64,000 bases of DNA from Squalus acanthias. Its lineage: Eukaryota. The notes under the pieces were generated by a model, which saw nothing but the letters and a program-made list of their open reading frames with translations, searched no databases and was not told the origin of the DNA. Location: NCBI GenBank assembly GCA_030390025.1, contig CM059432.1, positions 127,164,001 through 127,228,000 on the forward strand, written 5' to 3'. Each line of letters opens with the position of its first letter. Position 1 is the first letter of the stretch. The position numbers and the translations under genes were made by a program. Of this stretch, positions 1 to 14,075 are shown piece by piece.

Positions 1-950
1 ATAATATATATAAGTTTGCTGATGATACAAAGCTGGGTGGGAATGTAAGTTGTGAGGAGGATGCAAAGAGGCTTCAGGGGGATATAGACAGGCTAATTTA
101 GTGGGCAAGAACATGGCAAATGGAATATAATGTGGAGAAATTTGAAGTTATCCACTTTGGTAGGAAAAATAGAAAAGCAGAGTATTTTTTAAATGGTGAG
201 AGATTGGGAAATGTTGGTGTTCAGAGGGGCCTGGGTGTCCTTGTATACGAATCACTGAAAGTTAACATGCAGGTGCAGCAAGCTATTAGGAAAGCAAATG
301 GTATGTTGGCCTTTATTACAAGAGGATTTGGGTATAAGAGTAAAGACGTCTTACTGCAATTATATAGGGCTCTGGTGAGACCACACCTGGAGTATTGTGT
401 ACAGATTTGGTCTCCTTACCTAAGGAAGGATATACTTGCCATAGAGGGAGTGCAACAAAGGTTCACCAGACTGATTCCTGGGATAGGGGGATTGTCCTAT
501 GAGGAGAGATTGAGTAGACTAGGCCTATATTCTCTAGAGTTTAGAAGAATGAGAGGTGATCGCATTGAAACATACAAAATTCTTACAGGGCTTGACAGGG
601 TAGATGTAGGGAGGATGTTTCCCTGGCTGGGGAGTCTAGAACCAGGGGTCACAGTCTCAGAATAAGGGGACGGCCATTTAGGACTGAGATGAGGAGAAAT
701 TTCTTCACTCAGAGGGTGATGAATCTTTGGAATTCTCTACCCCAGAGGGCTGTGGAGGCTCAGTCGTTGAGTATATTCAAGACAGAGACCGATAGATTTT
801 TAGATATTAAGGTAATCAAGGGACATAAGGATATTGTAGCAAAGTGGAGTTGAGGTAGAAGATCAGCCATGATCTTATTGATTGGCGGAGCAGGCTTGAG
901 GGGCCAAATGGCCTACTCTTGCTCCTATTTCTTATGTTTCTTATGTTTAT
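1..950 (+). mobile_element. CR1 LINE, RT C-terminus and 3' UTR
   Basis: KFADDTK, LYRALVRPHLEYCVQIWSP, RRMRGD motifs; short tandem tail ttcttatgt. Confidence 0.9.
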
Positions 951-1247
951 GAAACAGGCTATTCGGCCCAACTGGTCTGTGTTTACGGTCCACACAAACT
1001 TCCTCCCACTTTACTTCATCTAACCCCAGCTGTATTTCCTTCTATTCCTTTCTCCCTCATGTACTGATCTAGCTTCCCCTTAAAGGCATTGATGCTTTTC
1101 GCTTCAACTACTCTATGTAGTAGCGAGTTCCACATTGTAATCATTCTCTGGGTAAAGAAGTTTCTCCTGAATTCTTTATTGTATTTATTAGTGATTATCT
1201 TATATTTATGGCCCCTAGTTTTGGACTCTCCCACAAGTGGAAACATT
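951..1247 (-). mobile_element. CR1 LINE 3' fragment
   Basis: MFPLVGESKTRGHKYKI...FFTQR..WNSL; same subfamily as 34905-35430 and 55460-56100. Confidence 0.85.
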
Positions 1248-2253
1248 GCTTTATAAAAGAAAGACTTGCATTGATATAGTGCATTTCACAACCTGAGGAT
1301 GTCCCAATGCACTTTACAACACTTCTATTGTATTTGCAGTTTTTCGCAGCTCAGTGATAGGAAATAGGCTGGAAGTTTGAGAACGTGGGGGAGGAAGGAG
1401 TGATTCAGGGTGGAGAGGGGTGTGAAGTTAATGAATGTAAATGGGAGCGGGTTGGGAGGGTTTAGGGGTGATTGTGGAGTGAATGGTGAGTAGTGGTTCA
1501 GGGGAGGGGATGAGATGAAGTGTCCTTGGGGTATGAGCTGGCCTCCGCCATAGGCTCCTACAGAAACTTCTCTTTCGAGGTATATATTTCTTAAACTCCT
1601 GTTCCTGGTATTTATTTTTAGTTCCACTCACAGTACAGTATTGGCATTTTTGGGCCATTCCTGGTGTTTGCCTTTTTGTTGTCCTGCACTCAGAGTGTTT
1701 GGTGTTTTTGTTTAGTCCTGGTCCCTCATTTTTTTAGTACACTTCATTTGTGATTTAATTCCGCACTTGGTTTTGTCTGTTTTAGATCCACTATCAGTAT
1801 ATGTTTATTTAGTTCTGCTCCTGGTATAAACAGTGTAAAATGTAAGGTAGGACAAGACAGACTGGTAGTTTGATAGCCAACCATTTGGAGCTGCGTGACC
1901 TCTCTCCCTTTAAACCTCTCTCCACCATGGCTGCCACTCAAATCCTAACTAATTCACCCAGTGCCGGAACCAAGTTAGGTGGAAGTTTATCAGATTGCGA
2001 CTGAGCCACAGCGAGTGGTGCGGTGGTCCTGCAGATGGTGTGATGTTTGAATGGGGCAGCTCCACAGCCTGTGCTCATTTTCAGCCGCAAAGATGGACAA
2101 AGTGGACACTGGCTCCAAATGCCGGCCGTCCAGATAAACTGCGAATGGTTGCCATCTGCGATGCTGATCGCAGAGAGAATGTCAACACAAATCACTTAAC
2201 CCAAAATTTTGACAGCTGCTGTCAACAGTGAGGAAACTTCAGGAGTGGCATTC

Positions 2254-2615
2254 TTTGGTCACCCGGTGCGGAGGGGGAGTGGGCAAGTCGGAGGACCTCC
2301 TCGTGGGACTGCTCCTGGGCCTGGCCAAGGTGGCCATCAACAGGTCCAGGCAGCGGGCGGTCGAGGGGGTATTTCGGCCCGACTGCCTGCCGCTCTTCCA
2401 CGGCTACGTTCGCGCCCGGGCGTCCCTGGAGATGGAGCATGTGGTATCCGCCGGCATGCTCGAGGCCTTCCGCGACTGGTGGGCACCAGAGTGCTTCATC
2501 GCCCCCGGAAAACAGAACTTTGATTTAATTTGTTAAGTTTCCTTTAATTTTTTGTTTAAGTTCCAGTTTAATTATAGTTGTGCCCCTTTAAAAAGGGGAG
2601 GGGACACGTGAAAAA
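2254..2615 (+). mobile_element. 5'-truncated Tx1-clade LINE 3' end with 16-bp TSD
   Basis: EDLLVGLLLGLAKVAINRSRQRAVEG...CLPLFHGYVRAR resembles a Tx1 ORF2 C-terminus. A-tail; TTCAGGAGTGGCATTC duplicated at 2238-2253 and 2616-2631. Confidence 0.75.
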
Positions 2616-2879
2616 TTCAGGAGTGGCATTCCGACTCAGCAAAGAGGGACAAATTTAATTTAAGTTTCCTATAAACTTTTTTGTCATGTTACAGTTTTTA
2701 TTGGTTGTAGGGGCACAAAATGCTTGACTTTTAATAGACAATTGCCAGTAACAAAGATCACAACAACAAAAAACTTTTATAAGTATGCAATGTTTCAGAA
2801 TAACACACAAAGGTCGGAAGAGAGTGGGAAAGGGGCGATTCTCTCTGTTGCGTCCGCATTGCCTGAAGTGATTACACAA

Positions 2880-3560
2880 GGGAAAAGGACGGAACCGAAA
2901 CGTCGCGTGTCGTCGCGTCGGGTTTACGTCAATCGGCGCAGGCGCACTGCCGGAAGGAGGAATGCGCAGGCGCCTCAGCTGACTGAGCGGGGCTCGGCCA
3001 CTCGAGCGATGTGAAGCGGATAGGACAGGGAGAGGAGAGCGGTTACAGGACCACCGGGCAACCAGGAGCTGCGCAACGCCGCCTCCCCCGATCACATCGG
3101 TACGCTGCGCCGCGCCCGTTCCCCCTCACCCCCTTAGTCACGGATGTGGACGGTTTGAAAGGTGCCGGCTGCCTTGTGTTGTCATGGCTGTTGTCAGTTA
3201 AATATGTGGCGGAGAGAGCGAATGATGGAGGAGCAAGGCCCCCCCCCCCCGGGGCCGCCGCTGGAGAGCGACCCTCCCCTCTCCCTCTTCCAGTACATTT
3301 TCTCACCAGCAGCCGTTCGTGCGGGCTCGGAAGATGGGCGGCGTCGTGTGGTGCGGCGCGGCGCGGCGCGGCAGCCTGGGGCTGTCGTTGGAGCTCCTGG
3401 CGGTCTGTTCGGGGTCTCGCTGTGCAAACGTCCCCGCATCTCTATTCTTCCTCCATTTGTCAAGTGTGCACGGTTTTGGGGAAGTGTAAGGATCAGTTGT
3501 GCAATCGCTGAAATAGCCCGCTTCCCTCAGCTGGGAAACGATTGAGCTGCCGTCGCCTGT
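2880..3560 (+). promoter_or_regulatory. ATP6V1C1: CpG-island promoter and probable non-coding exon 1 of ATP6V1C1
   Basis: CpG-dense, GC-rich island in AT-rich surroundings. Contains ATF/CRE-like TTACGTCA (2924-2931), two NRF1-like GCGCAGGCGC (2936-2946, 2963-2973) and ETS CCGGAAG (2950-2956). Candidate donor CG|gtacgc at 3099/3100; exon limits are uncertain. Confidence 0.75.
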
Positions 3561-4791
3561 GTTGGGTGATTTGTTTTTAAACTAATCATGTGTGCGGGTT
3601 GGTGGATGTCTGTTCTGTTCTGTTGTTAAGCTGTAACAGTCAAGGTTTTGTTAAAGCCGCAGTGCGCGTGTGCATACACACACTGAGCTGGCGGTGCAGT
3701 GCTAACAATTTTACTGGGAGCTATTTTTTTAATAAGGATTCTGGTGGTCACATGATAAGTGCTGGTTTCCCTTACAAATGTATTCAAGTGACGTGCAAAG
3801 CAAATCTTTCCAGGAAATTAATGGGACATAACTTTGCTTATTAATGAAACTCAAGGTGTTTATCATGTATTGATCTTATTAGGCACTTGCTGTGTGGTAT
3901 TCATGTAGTATATGTGAACATACTGCCATCTTACTATATAGTATACCAGTGTTGCTGCTGCTTTTTCAGTTGCAAAACTATCAGTGAAATCCTTTAACCT
4001 TGATTGTGTTCAGAAAAGGTTCATTTTTGGTGGTTTTAATCAGAATGAGAGAGAGCTTATGTTGTAAAGCACAGGTCTCTGCAGCAAGTGTGTGCCCAAA
4101 ACAGAGCATGCCAGTAAGGGGAGTAAAATCACCAAACTGGTACTCCTATTGTTTATGTATAAATATCTTGGCTCAAGCTTTTGGACCAATGTAACATTTT
4201 CTCAACAACTAGCTAACTGTTCAGTAAACTTAACTACTTCAGTTCGGATAAAGCTTGTTTCCCACCGATTGCAGATTCTGACACTGACCATTGATTTGGT
4301 ATTTTTGAAGTACACAGGAATGTTGGTGATAAAATAATTGCCAAGTTAATAGTGGATTATTTTATACATTAGTCCATTATTAAGGCTGTTTTAGTGGGCA
4401 GTGATCACAATATAATGATGCTGCAATTTCCCATATCCCTGTAACCATCTGTGATTAAAAGGTGTATCCATTTTCCCCTTTAAAAAAAGCAATGCTGTCC
4501 CATTACTTCCCTGAGGCCAAGTATTCCATGCTGCAACAACCTGCTTTGTAAAGAAATTTCTTCTAACCCCTTTCCATCTGTTGGTGACAGTTTTAAATTG
4601 ACCCCAGTCTGACTCCCCAAGCAGAGGAAATGGGAATATGCAAAGGCTATTAAGACCCTTCATAATTTTTAAATTTCCTCTTAGCCTTCTATGCTCCAGT
4701 GGGATAGTTCCAGTATCTTGAGTCTCTTACAACTATTTCCCATCCCCGGCATCATCCTTGTGAGCCTATACTGTATATTCTTTATTGCTTT

Positions 4792-5205
4792 AGCTGTGGC
4801 TCAGTGGGTAACACTCTCATCTGAGTCAGAAGGTTGTGGGTTCAAGTCCCATTCCAGAGACTTGAGCACAAAAATCTAGGCTGACAATCCTGTGCAATAC
4901 TGAGGGAGTGCTGCACTGTCGGAGGTGCCGTCTTTTGGATGAGACGTTAAACCAAGGCCCCGTCTGTGTTCTCAAGTGGACATAAAAGAGCCCATGGTAG
5001 TATTTCGAAGAGGAGCAGGGGAGTTTTCAATGGTGATTATCTGGTCACGATCACATTGCTGTTTGTGGGAGCTTGCTGTGTGCTAATTGGCTGCCATGTT
5101 TCCTACATTACAACAGTAACTACACTTCAATAAGTACTTCATTGGCTGTAAAGTTCTTTGGGACGTTCTGAAGTTGTGGAAGGTGCTCTATATATGCAAG
5201 CCTTT
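4792..5205 (+). mobile_element. tRNA-derived Deu-domain SINE (SacSINE1/AmnSINE1-like)
   Basis: A-box tggctcagtggg, B-box ggttcaagtcc, core gagggagtgctgcactgtcggaggtgccgtc, L2-like tail. Interrupts an old minus-strand CR1. Confidence 0.85.
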
Positions 5206-5469
5206 TTTTAAATGTGCTTTCTGTCATGGAATGCCCAAAATTTGCTCTTAACTGTGGCCTAACCAATGTTTTGTTCAAATTTATCACTACTATATATTCT
5301 GTGCCCCATTTATAAAACCAGAAATGCTGTTGGCCTTTTATGGCTTCATTTACCTGCACTTGCATAATTTTGGGGAATTATGTATTTGAATCCCTCAATG
5401 TCTCTGTTCACCCACACCTTCAGCACCTTTCAATTGAGCGTACTCTTCTGGTTTGGTGATTAAACGAAT

Positions 5470-5812
5470 CGTCTGAAATTGTTGAATTCAATGTCGAGTC
5501 TGGAAGGCTGTAAAATGCCTAATCGAAAGATGAGTTGCTGTTTCTGGAGCTTCATTAGAACAGTGTAGGAGGCCAAGGAAAGGGAGGTTAGGTTGAGAGT
5601 GGTGCGGAGAATTAAAATGACAGGCGACCGGAAGCTCAGGGTCACGCTTGTGGACTGAACGGATGTGTTCTGCAAAGTAGTCACCCAATCTGCGTTTGGT
5701 CTCCCTAATGTAGACTAGACTGCATTGTGAGCAGCGAATACAGTATACAAACTTGAAAGAAGTACAAGTAAATCACTGATTCACCTGGAAAGGAGTGTTT
5801 GGTGTCCTGGAC
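5470..5812 (-). mobile_element. Penelope-like element GIY-YIG endonuclease fragment
   Basis: Frameshifted VYCIRCSQCSLVYIRETKRRLGDYFAEHIRSV..DPELPVACHFNSP...LIFRLGILQPSRLDIEFNNF. Confidence 0.8.
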
Positions 5813-6579
5813 CCTAACTCTGTTTGATGTCTGCCATCTGCCCAACTTTCTATCCGTGCTGCTACATTTCCTCTTGTACCATACGCTAAATTTTCTGACA
5901 AGCCTCTTGTGAGCCACCTTATTGAATGCTTTCTGATAATCCGTATACACTCCATCTGCTACATTCCCTAAAAACTGTTGCTTTAACCAATCCTAGTTGT
6001 ACTAATTATGAGTGGGGTGGTTGGCAAGTCATTTACACCAGGAGAATTTTCATGAAAGACATCAGCAGAGGCCTGGGAGCAGGTCACCTGCCTGCACTTG
6101 TACTTGTGGAGTACAGTCGAGCCTGCCAATTTAAAGTTTTTGCTCAAAATAATTTAAATTAAACAACTGATGAAAAGGCACAACAAAACACTAAGGAACA
6201 CAAATATGGCAAAAAAGCAAGTATTGAAATGCAGGCGATTGAACCTTGAGCGCTCTACAAGCTCTGCAATGCAAAGTTCAATCATTTCACAAAATACTGT
6301 AGTTGGCTTCCAGCTATCAGCATATTCATCCACAAAATATTTAGCACTAAGAAAAGTTCCATTGGGACATCTGGCTTAGTTGTTGTTAGCAATTGAATTG
6401 TACAGAAGTGGACTTGCCATGTTGAGGTGGGGACTCCTTTCACTGTCCATCTTTGTGCTGGATCCACTTGCTTAGGTTGCTTCTGCACCCTTACTCCCAC
6501 TGGCACAGCTTCTTCCCGTGCAGCATCCAGTTTTCGTGTTCTACATGATTTTACAGTGCCAAAAGCAGTTGGCAATGGA

Positions 6580-6790
6580 TTTTGCTTTTAGATGCAGGTA
6601 CTTCATATGAGCTTCACAGTTGTCAACTATTAAGATGACATTTCTGCCTCGCAATGCCTTGCTTTGGCCAAAGTGATGCAATCTCTCCTCCAAAAAACAG
6701 CAGTCATCCACACCTTTTTGTTTTGTAGGTTATAGGCAGAGTAACAGCACCTGGAAAACATTGATGTTTGGAATTCCTAATCAGCTTTGT
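6580..6790 (-). mobile_element. Degenerate Tigger/pogo (DDE_1) transposase remnant
   Basis: Minus-strand translation gives TLPITYKTKKVWMTA and RGRNVILIVDNCEAH, matching the pogo-family AWMT and LLDNxxAH motifs. Confidence 0.65.
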
Positions 6791-8924
6791 TTTTTCCACA
6801 GGCATGCTAGTGTAAAGTGTGATGGAAATTCACACTGTAGCTTTCTCCCCTCTCCACCCGCTCCTATGCATTTAAAAAAAAAAAAAAAATTGTATTCTGC
6901 TTGGGTGTAGCTTATTAAAGGTCAATTTTACCAGCATTAAAGATGTCTTTGGGGTTCTAACGGGATAAAACCAGGAATTTTAACACATACCTAATTGTCA
7001 ACAATTTCTGTGGGAACCTTCCCAAATGTGTGAACGTGTACTTGTTTTTGAAGCGCTGATATAAAAACAGGGTCGGTTCAAAATTCTTTGAATTAATTTG
7101 CCCTTTCCGGCAAGATTAGGTTGGATAGATCAGGAAAGTTATCTGCTCGGGCCTCTTTGAACCAGGTTGAATTCAAATGAAGTGGTAGATTTCACTAGTC
7201 AGCACCCATTTGGGATGGGAATTCTAATTAAATTGTAGGAACTATTTTTAATGGGAGGTGTTTTTTCATGATTTTAAATTTAAATTAAGTTAATTCAAGT
7301 TAAACAAGTTGAAATTAAGGAAACTAGACTAGTATATGCAAACATGATGGACAAGATAAATTTATACACACTATTTTCTCATGTCCTGTGAAGAAGTGGG
7401 GGAAAAAAGGAAGCAAAACTAGTACAGGGCTTTGGTAGACTGATGGTCAGCAAGTTGCTGGCAGGCTTGGGTGTGTTCAAAGAAGTGAAAGTTTAGAGAT
7501 TTCAAAGTCATGGCTTATTGTGTAACATACACATGATTTGTTGTTCATCCTCATTTGAAGTTGTCCCTGACTTATTTTCTTTCCATCTGATTGTACTCTA
7601 CTGTGATTCATTCCTGGAATTGTGTGCGCAAGTTTCCTATCCAAAGTTCATCAACATATAGAATATATGTGATATCCTTTCCCATTAGGGGAGGGAGCGA
7701 GAAGTGTATGCAGTCACAAGGGACTGATTAGCTGTCGTCTCAGGATGGATTACCTGGCCTACGTCACAATTGGGAATAGTATGTGGTTATCATGCTTTTC
7801 TTTTTCCATCCTTCTATTTTCTATGCATTCCTTCTGAAGGAGTTGTTTCTAACTGGGCCATGATTCCAAGAATATTGGCAACCCTACATTATCTTGCCTG
7901 TTTGTCACGTAAACCTGGATGGTAATTGTTCGGACCACAGCTGAGCCCAGTCTTGCCTTCACCCAACATCTACACGTTCACTTTACAGCAGGTTTGGAAA
8001 CCCTGGCTGATTTTTCCCATTCTTACTTGAATGTTAAAGCCAATTATAAGAATCTATAGCTGATAGCAGCTAACTCGGCACTTACTGGTAATTGAACCTC
8101 AGACCTTTTGTCCTGTATTACTTTGTTACATGCTGGCTTTACCAACTGAACCATCTGGGATCAGTGTGCAGTTTAATGTAGATTTAGACACTCTTCTGTC
8201 ACTGATGTCTAGTTCTCCTTGTAATTAGTTATGAACTGGTAATTTTCTTGAAAAAATCTCAAGATAATACTGTGGGACGATAATTTTGAACAAAAATGGC
8301 AGTTTTGAATGTAAATCGCAAAAGGCCACATTGTGTAATTACAGTACAATAAAAACTCGCATCTCCAAGGTAGCAGGTTGTAAAACCCATGTGAAAACCA
8401 GCTCTTGCAATGGATCTTTGTTTGAAGCACTTTTCTGTTCATCTGTTTTCTAATTTGATGGGGGTGGGGAAGGGGGCAGGTCCATGAAAATATCTTGTCT
8501 ATAAAATTTTGATAAGGCTTTAATTTTAGTACAGAAGTACAACATTTGGCATCAGCAGTAAATTTGTAGATTGTTTAATGGCCATTTTTAGTTATTCTGA
8601 ATGGAAGAATTAAATGCTATATTTAAACATAAAGGTAGTATGCTTTGTGTTGTAATGTGATTTTTGTTGTTCAAACTACAGGCTGAATTATTAGGCACTA
8701 ATCAAGGCCTCAGCCTTGACTATTATCACCCTGGCTTCATCTGTATTACCTTCTGTTTCTTTGTTCCTTGGATCGTGATTCAGCATCTGATGGGTTCGGT
8801 TCAGTGGGAAGTATAATATAGATTGGGGAAGAACTACTTTTGCAGCTGAAAGATTGTGTTCCGTCCTTGTTGTATTGCAAGTTGTTGTATCTGATGAATA
8901 GAACATTTGGACCTTCATCAGGTG

Positions 8925-9342
8925 TCAGCCATGGTTCTGTGTAGCTCTCTGTCTCTTGAGATAGAAGATCGTGGGCTTGAGCACGTGATCTAGACTGACA
9001 CTTGAATGTACTACTGAGGGAGTGCTGCATTATCGGAGGTGTTGTCTTCTGGAGGAGACATTGAACAGCGGCCCTGTCTGCCCCCTCGTGGATGTAAAAG
9101 GTCCCATGGCACTATTCAAAAAAGAGCAGGGGAGTTCTCAGTGACATGACCAACATTTATCCCTCAACTAATATCACTAAAACAGATTATCTGGTTATTT
9201 ATTTCACTGCTATTTGTGGGACCTTGCTGTGCACAAATTTTCTGCTGCAATTCCCAATGTTACAACCGTGATTATAACTCATTGGCTGTGAAGCCTTTGG
9301 GACGTCCTGAGGCCATGAAAGGTATTATATAAATACAGGTTT
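8925..9342 (+). mobile_element. Deu-domain SINE, diverged copy
   Basis: Aligns along its length to 4792-5205 and 19860-20308. Confidence 0.8.
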
Positions 9343-9840
9343 GTTAGTGCTGGTGTTAAGCACCCCAGGTTAAATACAGCATGTATTAAATGCCAGTGTT
9401 GTCTTCCACAGTGTGCTTTAACCATAACCGTAGAGGAATGCACCCTATGCCAGCAATATGGCCTGTCCATTTAAACATACAATAGGCAGTGTGGTTATGG
9501 TATGATGTTTTGTGAGCTGTTTGCACTCGAGATTGCTCATTATCAGTTTGATCGTATAGCCTTAAATATATTTAGGATCCTTAATTTGAGGGAGCAGGGG
9601 TTGGGTTCAACCTGGATTCCTACAGGTGTGAACGCACAATCTGTACCATGTTATCCTGGCCTTATTTGTATTTGACTTTGCACACATGTTCAGAAATGAT
9701 CAAGTGAAGTAAGACTAGTTCTAAGAACTGGAATGCAAGGCAAAACATTGAGGTACTATTGCATTAACTGGGTTTTATTGGCTTATTTATATTTCAGCCT
9801 ATCGATAATTTACTTCATAAGGGATTTACTTACTCTGAGG

Positions 9841-9972
9841 ATGATGGAATTTTGGTTAATATCTGCTCCTGGGGAAAAAACATGTCAACAGACATGGGAC
9901 AAATTAAATGTTACAACCACGCGGAACAACCATCTCTCTACCAACTTCAAGTTCGCAATTCCAGATTTGAAG
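9841..9972 (+). CDS. ATP6V1C1: V-type proton ATPase subunit C1, exon 2 (first coding exon; exon starts 9798)
   Basis: [44 protein letters not shown] matches the C1 N-terminus (GEKTCQQTW is C1, not C2). Acceptor tttcag at 9797, donor AAG|gtaagt; 132 coding nt. Confidence 0.97.
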
Positions 9973-10139
9973 GTAAGTAACAAAATGGGTACTTTTTATT
10001 TTGAATTTGTGTATTTTCAAATGATACTGGCTTGAAATTTCATGATAATTTGCATAACCTCACAGCCTGCTCCCTAAACTAGAGTTCTGTGGCAATGAAG
10101 CCAATGATTTTCCCCCCCAAAAGTAATTGCATGACATTG

Positions 10140-10997
10140 TGGCAAACAGTGATAATACCAATCGACTGCAACAGAACATAGAAAGGCTAGCAGAATGGGC
10201 AGACAAGTGGCAGATGGAATCTAATACAGAGAAGTGTGAGGTGATGCATTTTGGCAGAAGGAACAGGGAGAGGCAATATACACTTAATGGCACAGTTTTA
10301 AAGAGTGTGCAGGGACAGAGGGACCTGGGAGCTAATGTGCATAGGTCCCTGAAGGTGGCAGGGCATATTGAGAGAGTGGTTAGCAAAGCTTATGGGATCT
10401 TGGGCTTCATAAATAGAGGTATTGAGTACTAAAGTAGAGAAGTTATGCTGAACCTTTATAAAGCGCTGGTTAGGCCACAACTGGAGTATTGCATCCCGTT
10501 CTGGTCACCACACTTTAGGAAGGATGTGAAGGCCCTTGAGAGGGTGCAGAGTAGATTTACAAGAATGGTACCAGGGATGGAGGATCTTAGCTACAAGGAC
10601 AAGTTGGAGAAGCTGGATTTGTTTTCATTAGAGCAAAGGAGGTTGAGGGGAGATTTGATAGAGGTGTACAAGATTATGACTGGTTTGGATAGGCTAGACG
10701 GGGAAAGGCTGTTCCCACTAGTTGATGATACAAGGACTAGGGGACACAGATTTAAGGTTTTGGGCAAGAGATACAAGGGGGAATGTGAGAAAAACTTTTT
10801 TACGCAGCGAGTGGTGATGACCTGGAATTCGCTGCCGACGGAAGTGGTGGAAGCGGAGACACTCAATGTTTTCAAACTTGCAGGGCTACGGGGATAGAGT
10901 GGGGGAATGGGACTGACTGGATTGCTCTACAGAGAGCTGGCACGGACTCGATGGGCTGAATGGCCCCCTTCTGTGCTGTTATCACTCTGACTCTGAA
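10140..10997 (+). mobile_element. CR1 LINE 3' portion
   Basis: WADKWQME..KCEVMHFG, LYKALVRPQLEYC; near-identical inverted partner at 51495-52308. Confidence 0.9.
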
Positions 10998-13900
10998 TTC
11001 ATAGTCCATTTCCTTCTTGGCGTATGATGTAGGTATTGGGTCTTATCCAGCGTTTGTTGCAAATTTTAGAATGGAAACTGACGTGTAGCAATATAAATTG
11101 ATACTGGAAAGATAAAAATACTATCTGGTAGATAGAATTTTCTAATTTTCACATTGTCAAGAAGACATTTGGCTGTTATATTACTGTGATCTAGGGTGAA
11201 TGTGAATATGGCAACTTTTCATTCAAAACGGTGTACATGTTATATTTTGCATTGCTGTTATCCATTTATCACATTCTTGTCTGCAAAGAATGAACGGGAA
11301 GACAATACAGCATGGTTGATTTTATTTTTATGGGTAAGCAAACAATTTTCAACACTAACTTGAATGTTTATTGATCAAGGAACTACAAAAGTTCAATATT
11401 TTAGCAACATTGCAACTCTGTTACTATTTGTCTGGAATACTTGATGGAAAACAACTTGTGTGGTGTGTTTGGATTAAGCCCGAGATGTATCCTGAGCAGG
11501 GCCTTTAACATCTATAACTATGGTGACATTTCTACTAATACTGTCATATATATGAAAAGATAGCCAACACTTATTTTGGGCAATAGGCTACAAATAATAA
11601 TGTGGAAGAAGCTTTTGGTGTGGCTGTCAGTTTGCTAAACTGTGCTGCAATCTTTAACTCCAGTGTGATTATTGAGGAGCAAGATACCAAATTGTAGTCC
11701 CGTTCTGTTTCCTTCCCCCCCCCCCCCCCCCCATTTACATGTGTGGGTCCTTCATGAGCTGCTCAGACTTGGGTTTCTCTCCCCACCACTTTGTTGTTTC
11801 AAACCCCAAAGTAGTTGGGGAGGGGGAAGCTGGCTGGCCGGAGAGCAGACAGGCTATTTGAGGCTGGCATGCCTGAGCAGAGGAGAATGAGGCTGCTGAG
11901 AGAGATCAAGTGGGAGGTTGGGACGGGAGGGAGATAGCTGGGTGGCCAGAAGCACGGTGGAGAAGAAAAGCAAACATAATTTCCATCCTTTTGTAGCTTG
12001 CACTGGATGACTGGAGCTGAAGGTTGTATTCCAAATTTTCAATAAAAAAATAAAGTGCAGGGAGGCATGATATTGAGCCTTGGGTCTCTGAAGGGGTCAA
12101 TATGGCCTCAAGCTGAGAGAAGCATGACCTGGAAGAGGCAAGTCCTAAAAGCAATCACCATTGCTGGAAGAAAAGAAAGCCAACAATTTCTGTGCCTTGC
12201 CAATCACATGGTTGCCATGTACCAATTGGATCAATAGAGGAGAAATGGGAGCATCGGTCATGTGATTCCATCAGATTGCTAGAAGTCATGGACTCCGAGC
12301 CAAAAGAAGATCCAAACTCAACATTTTGAATACTACGCAAATAGATTCACATATCCCGAATGTCTCTGTACAATACGGCTTTTTGAATTTGCAGCTGAAA
12401 ATTTATTTTACCATGGTAAAATGATCTCCCTCCGTGTTCTATTCATTTTAATTATTTCTACTAACTTAAGATGGAAAATTTAGGTCACTGTGTGTTGAAA
12501 AGGGATTGATTTGTATGTAAATCATTGTGGTGTATGGTAGTTTATTATTCTGAAGAGTTCACTCACCGTTCTGTGCGCCTGTCGGTGCTTAAGCCCCACA
12601 AAAGAGAATTTTAATGAATTTGGAAATTAGGATCAAGCACTGAGGGAGTGCAAATTTCTACCAGTTGCAATTTGGGTTTATTGTCAAAAAGAAATGGTAA
12701 AATCCAGAAAGATTCAATAATTGCTGGGACAGATAGCATCCTTTTGTAAGCAAGATTGAGTGTCCCACATAGTATGTTGCCTACGTGAAAGGATATTGGA
12801 GAAGGAGGGAGAGGATCCAGTTGTTGTGGCCCATGTTGGGACCAACAACATAGGAAAGAGTAGGCAAGAGGTCCTGTTTGCAGAGTACTAGTATCTAGGA
12901 GCTAAATTAAAGAACAGGACTTCAAAGATTATAATCTCTGGATTATTACCCGAGCCACGTGCAAATTAGGATAAACAGATTAGGGAGGTGAACACTTGGC
13001 CGAAGGAGTGGTGTGGGAAAGAGGGGTTCCACTTCATGGGACAGGACTGTGACAGGAAGGAACTGTACTGTTGGGAGGGGCTCCACCTGAACTGGGCTGG
13101 AACCAGGGTCCCAGTGGAACGGATAAATAAGGTTGTCACAAGGACTTTAAACTAGTAAATGAGAGGGAGGGCTCAGGTGGAAAAGGTAGTATAGATAATA
13201 GTTCCAAAACAAACAAAAGGGAAGCCAGTAGAGGAATAGTCAGAAATTGTGCTTTAGGCATTAAATGTAAAGGGGAAACTAAAAGATGTAAAGTAATTAA
13301 ACTAGGAGTGGAAAAATAAGAAATGTGTGATTAAAACATTAGAGCAGAAGGACAGGTTAGGGTGTGTGGCCCACATAAGCGTTCTTTATACAAACGCACA
13401 GAGTATAAGGAACAAATTGAATGAATTGCATGCGAAAAATCAACTTGGTGTATGACATGGTCGCCGTTACTGAAACATGGCTGCAAGACGGTCAGGACTG
13501 GGAACTAAATATAGGTCGACAGGAAAGATAAGGAAAATGATAGAGGGGGAGGAGTAGCCTTAGTCATGAAGGATGAATCACTTCAATGATGAGATATAAT
13601 GAGAGGTAAGCAGGCAGTGGAGACTTTATGGGTAGAATTAAGTAGAAAAGGATTTAAGACTGTTGGGAGTTGCGTATAGTCTCCCTGGTAGCAGCTGTGA
13701 CATGGTAGAAAGTATAAATGCAGAGATTAGACAAGTGTGTAGTAAAGGCAGAGTGGGTTTAATGGGGGATTTTAACTTTCATACAGATTGGGATAAGCAG
13801 ACGAGCACCTGAAGAAAGGTAGTGAATTTCTTGAGTATGTTCAGGATAGTTTTCTGCAACAATATGTCCTAGAACCAACAAGGGGGCATGCCATATTGGA

Positions 13901-14075
13901 TTTAGTAATGAGCCAGATTTAGTTAACAGCCTAACTGTACGTGAACATTTATCCAATAGCGATCATAACATTGAGTTCAACGTAGTGTTTGAAAGGAAGA
14001 AACGCGAAACAGCTAAGATTCTAGATTTGGGTAAGGCCGACTTCAACGGGATGAGACAGAGACTGTTCACAGTAA

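Noticed and set aside
2655..3545. Several 90-166 aa ORFs over the CpG island
   Set aside because: Low-complexity Arg/Gly/Pro/Ala translations in overlapping frames on both strands, as expected from high GC; no recognisable domain.
4792..4860. tRNA-like A and B boxes
   Set aside because: These are SINE heads with no complete cloverleaf, not tRNA genes.
9733..10035. 100-aa ORF as a single-exon gene or N-terminal extension
   Set aside because: It is exon 2 read through both splice sites; only 9841-9972 matches ATP6V1C1.
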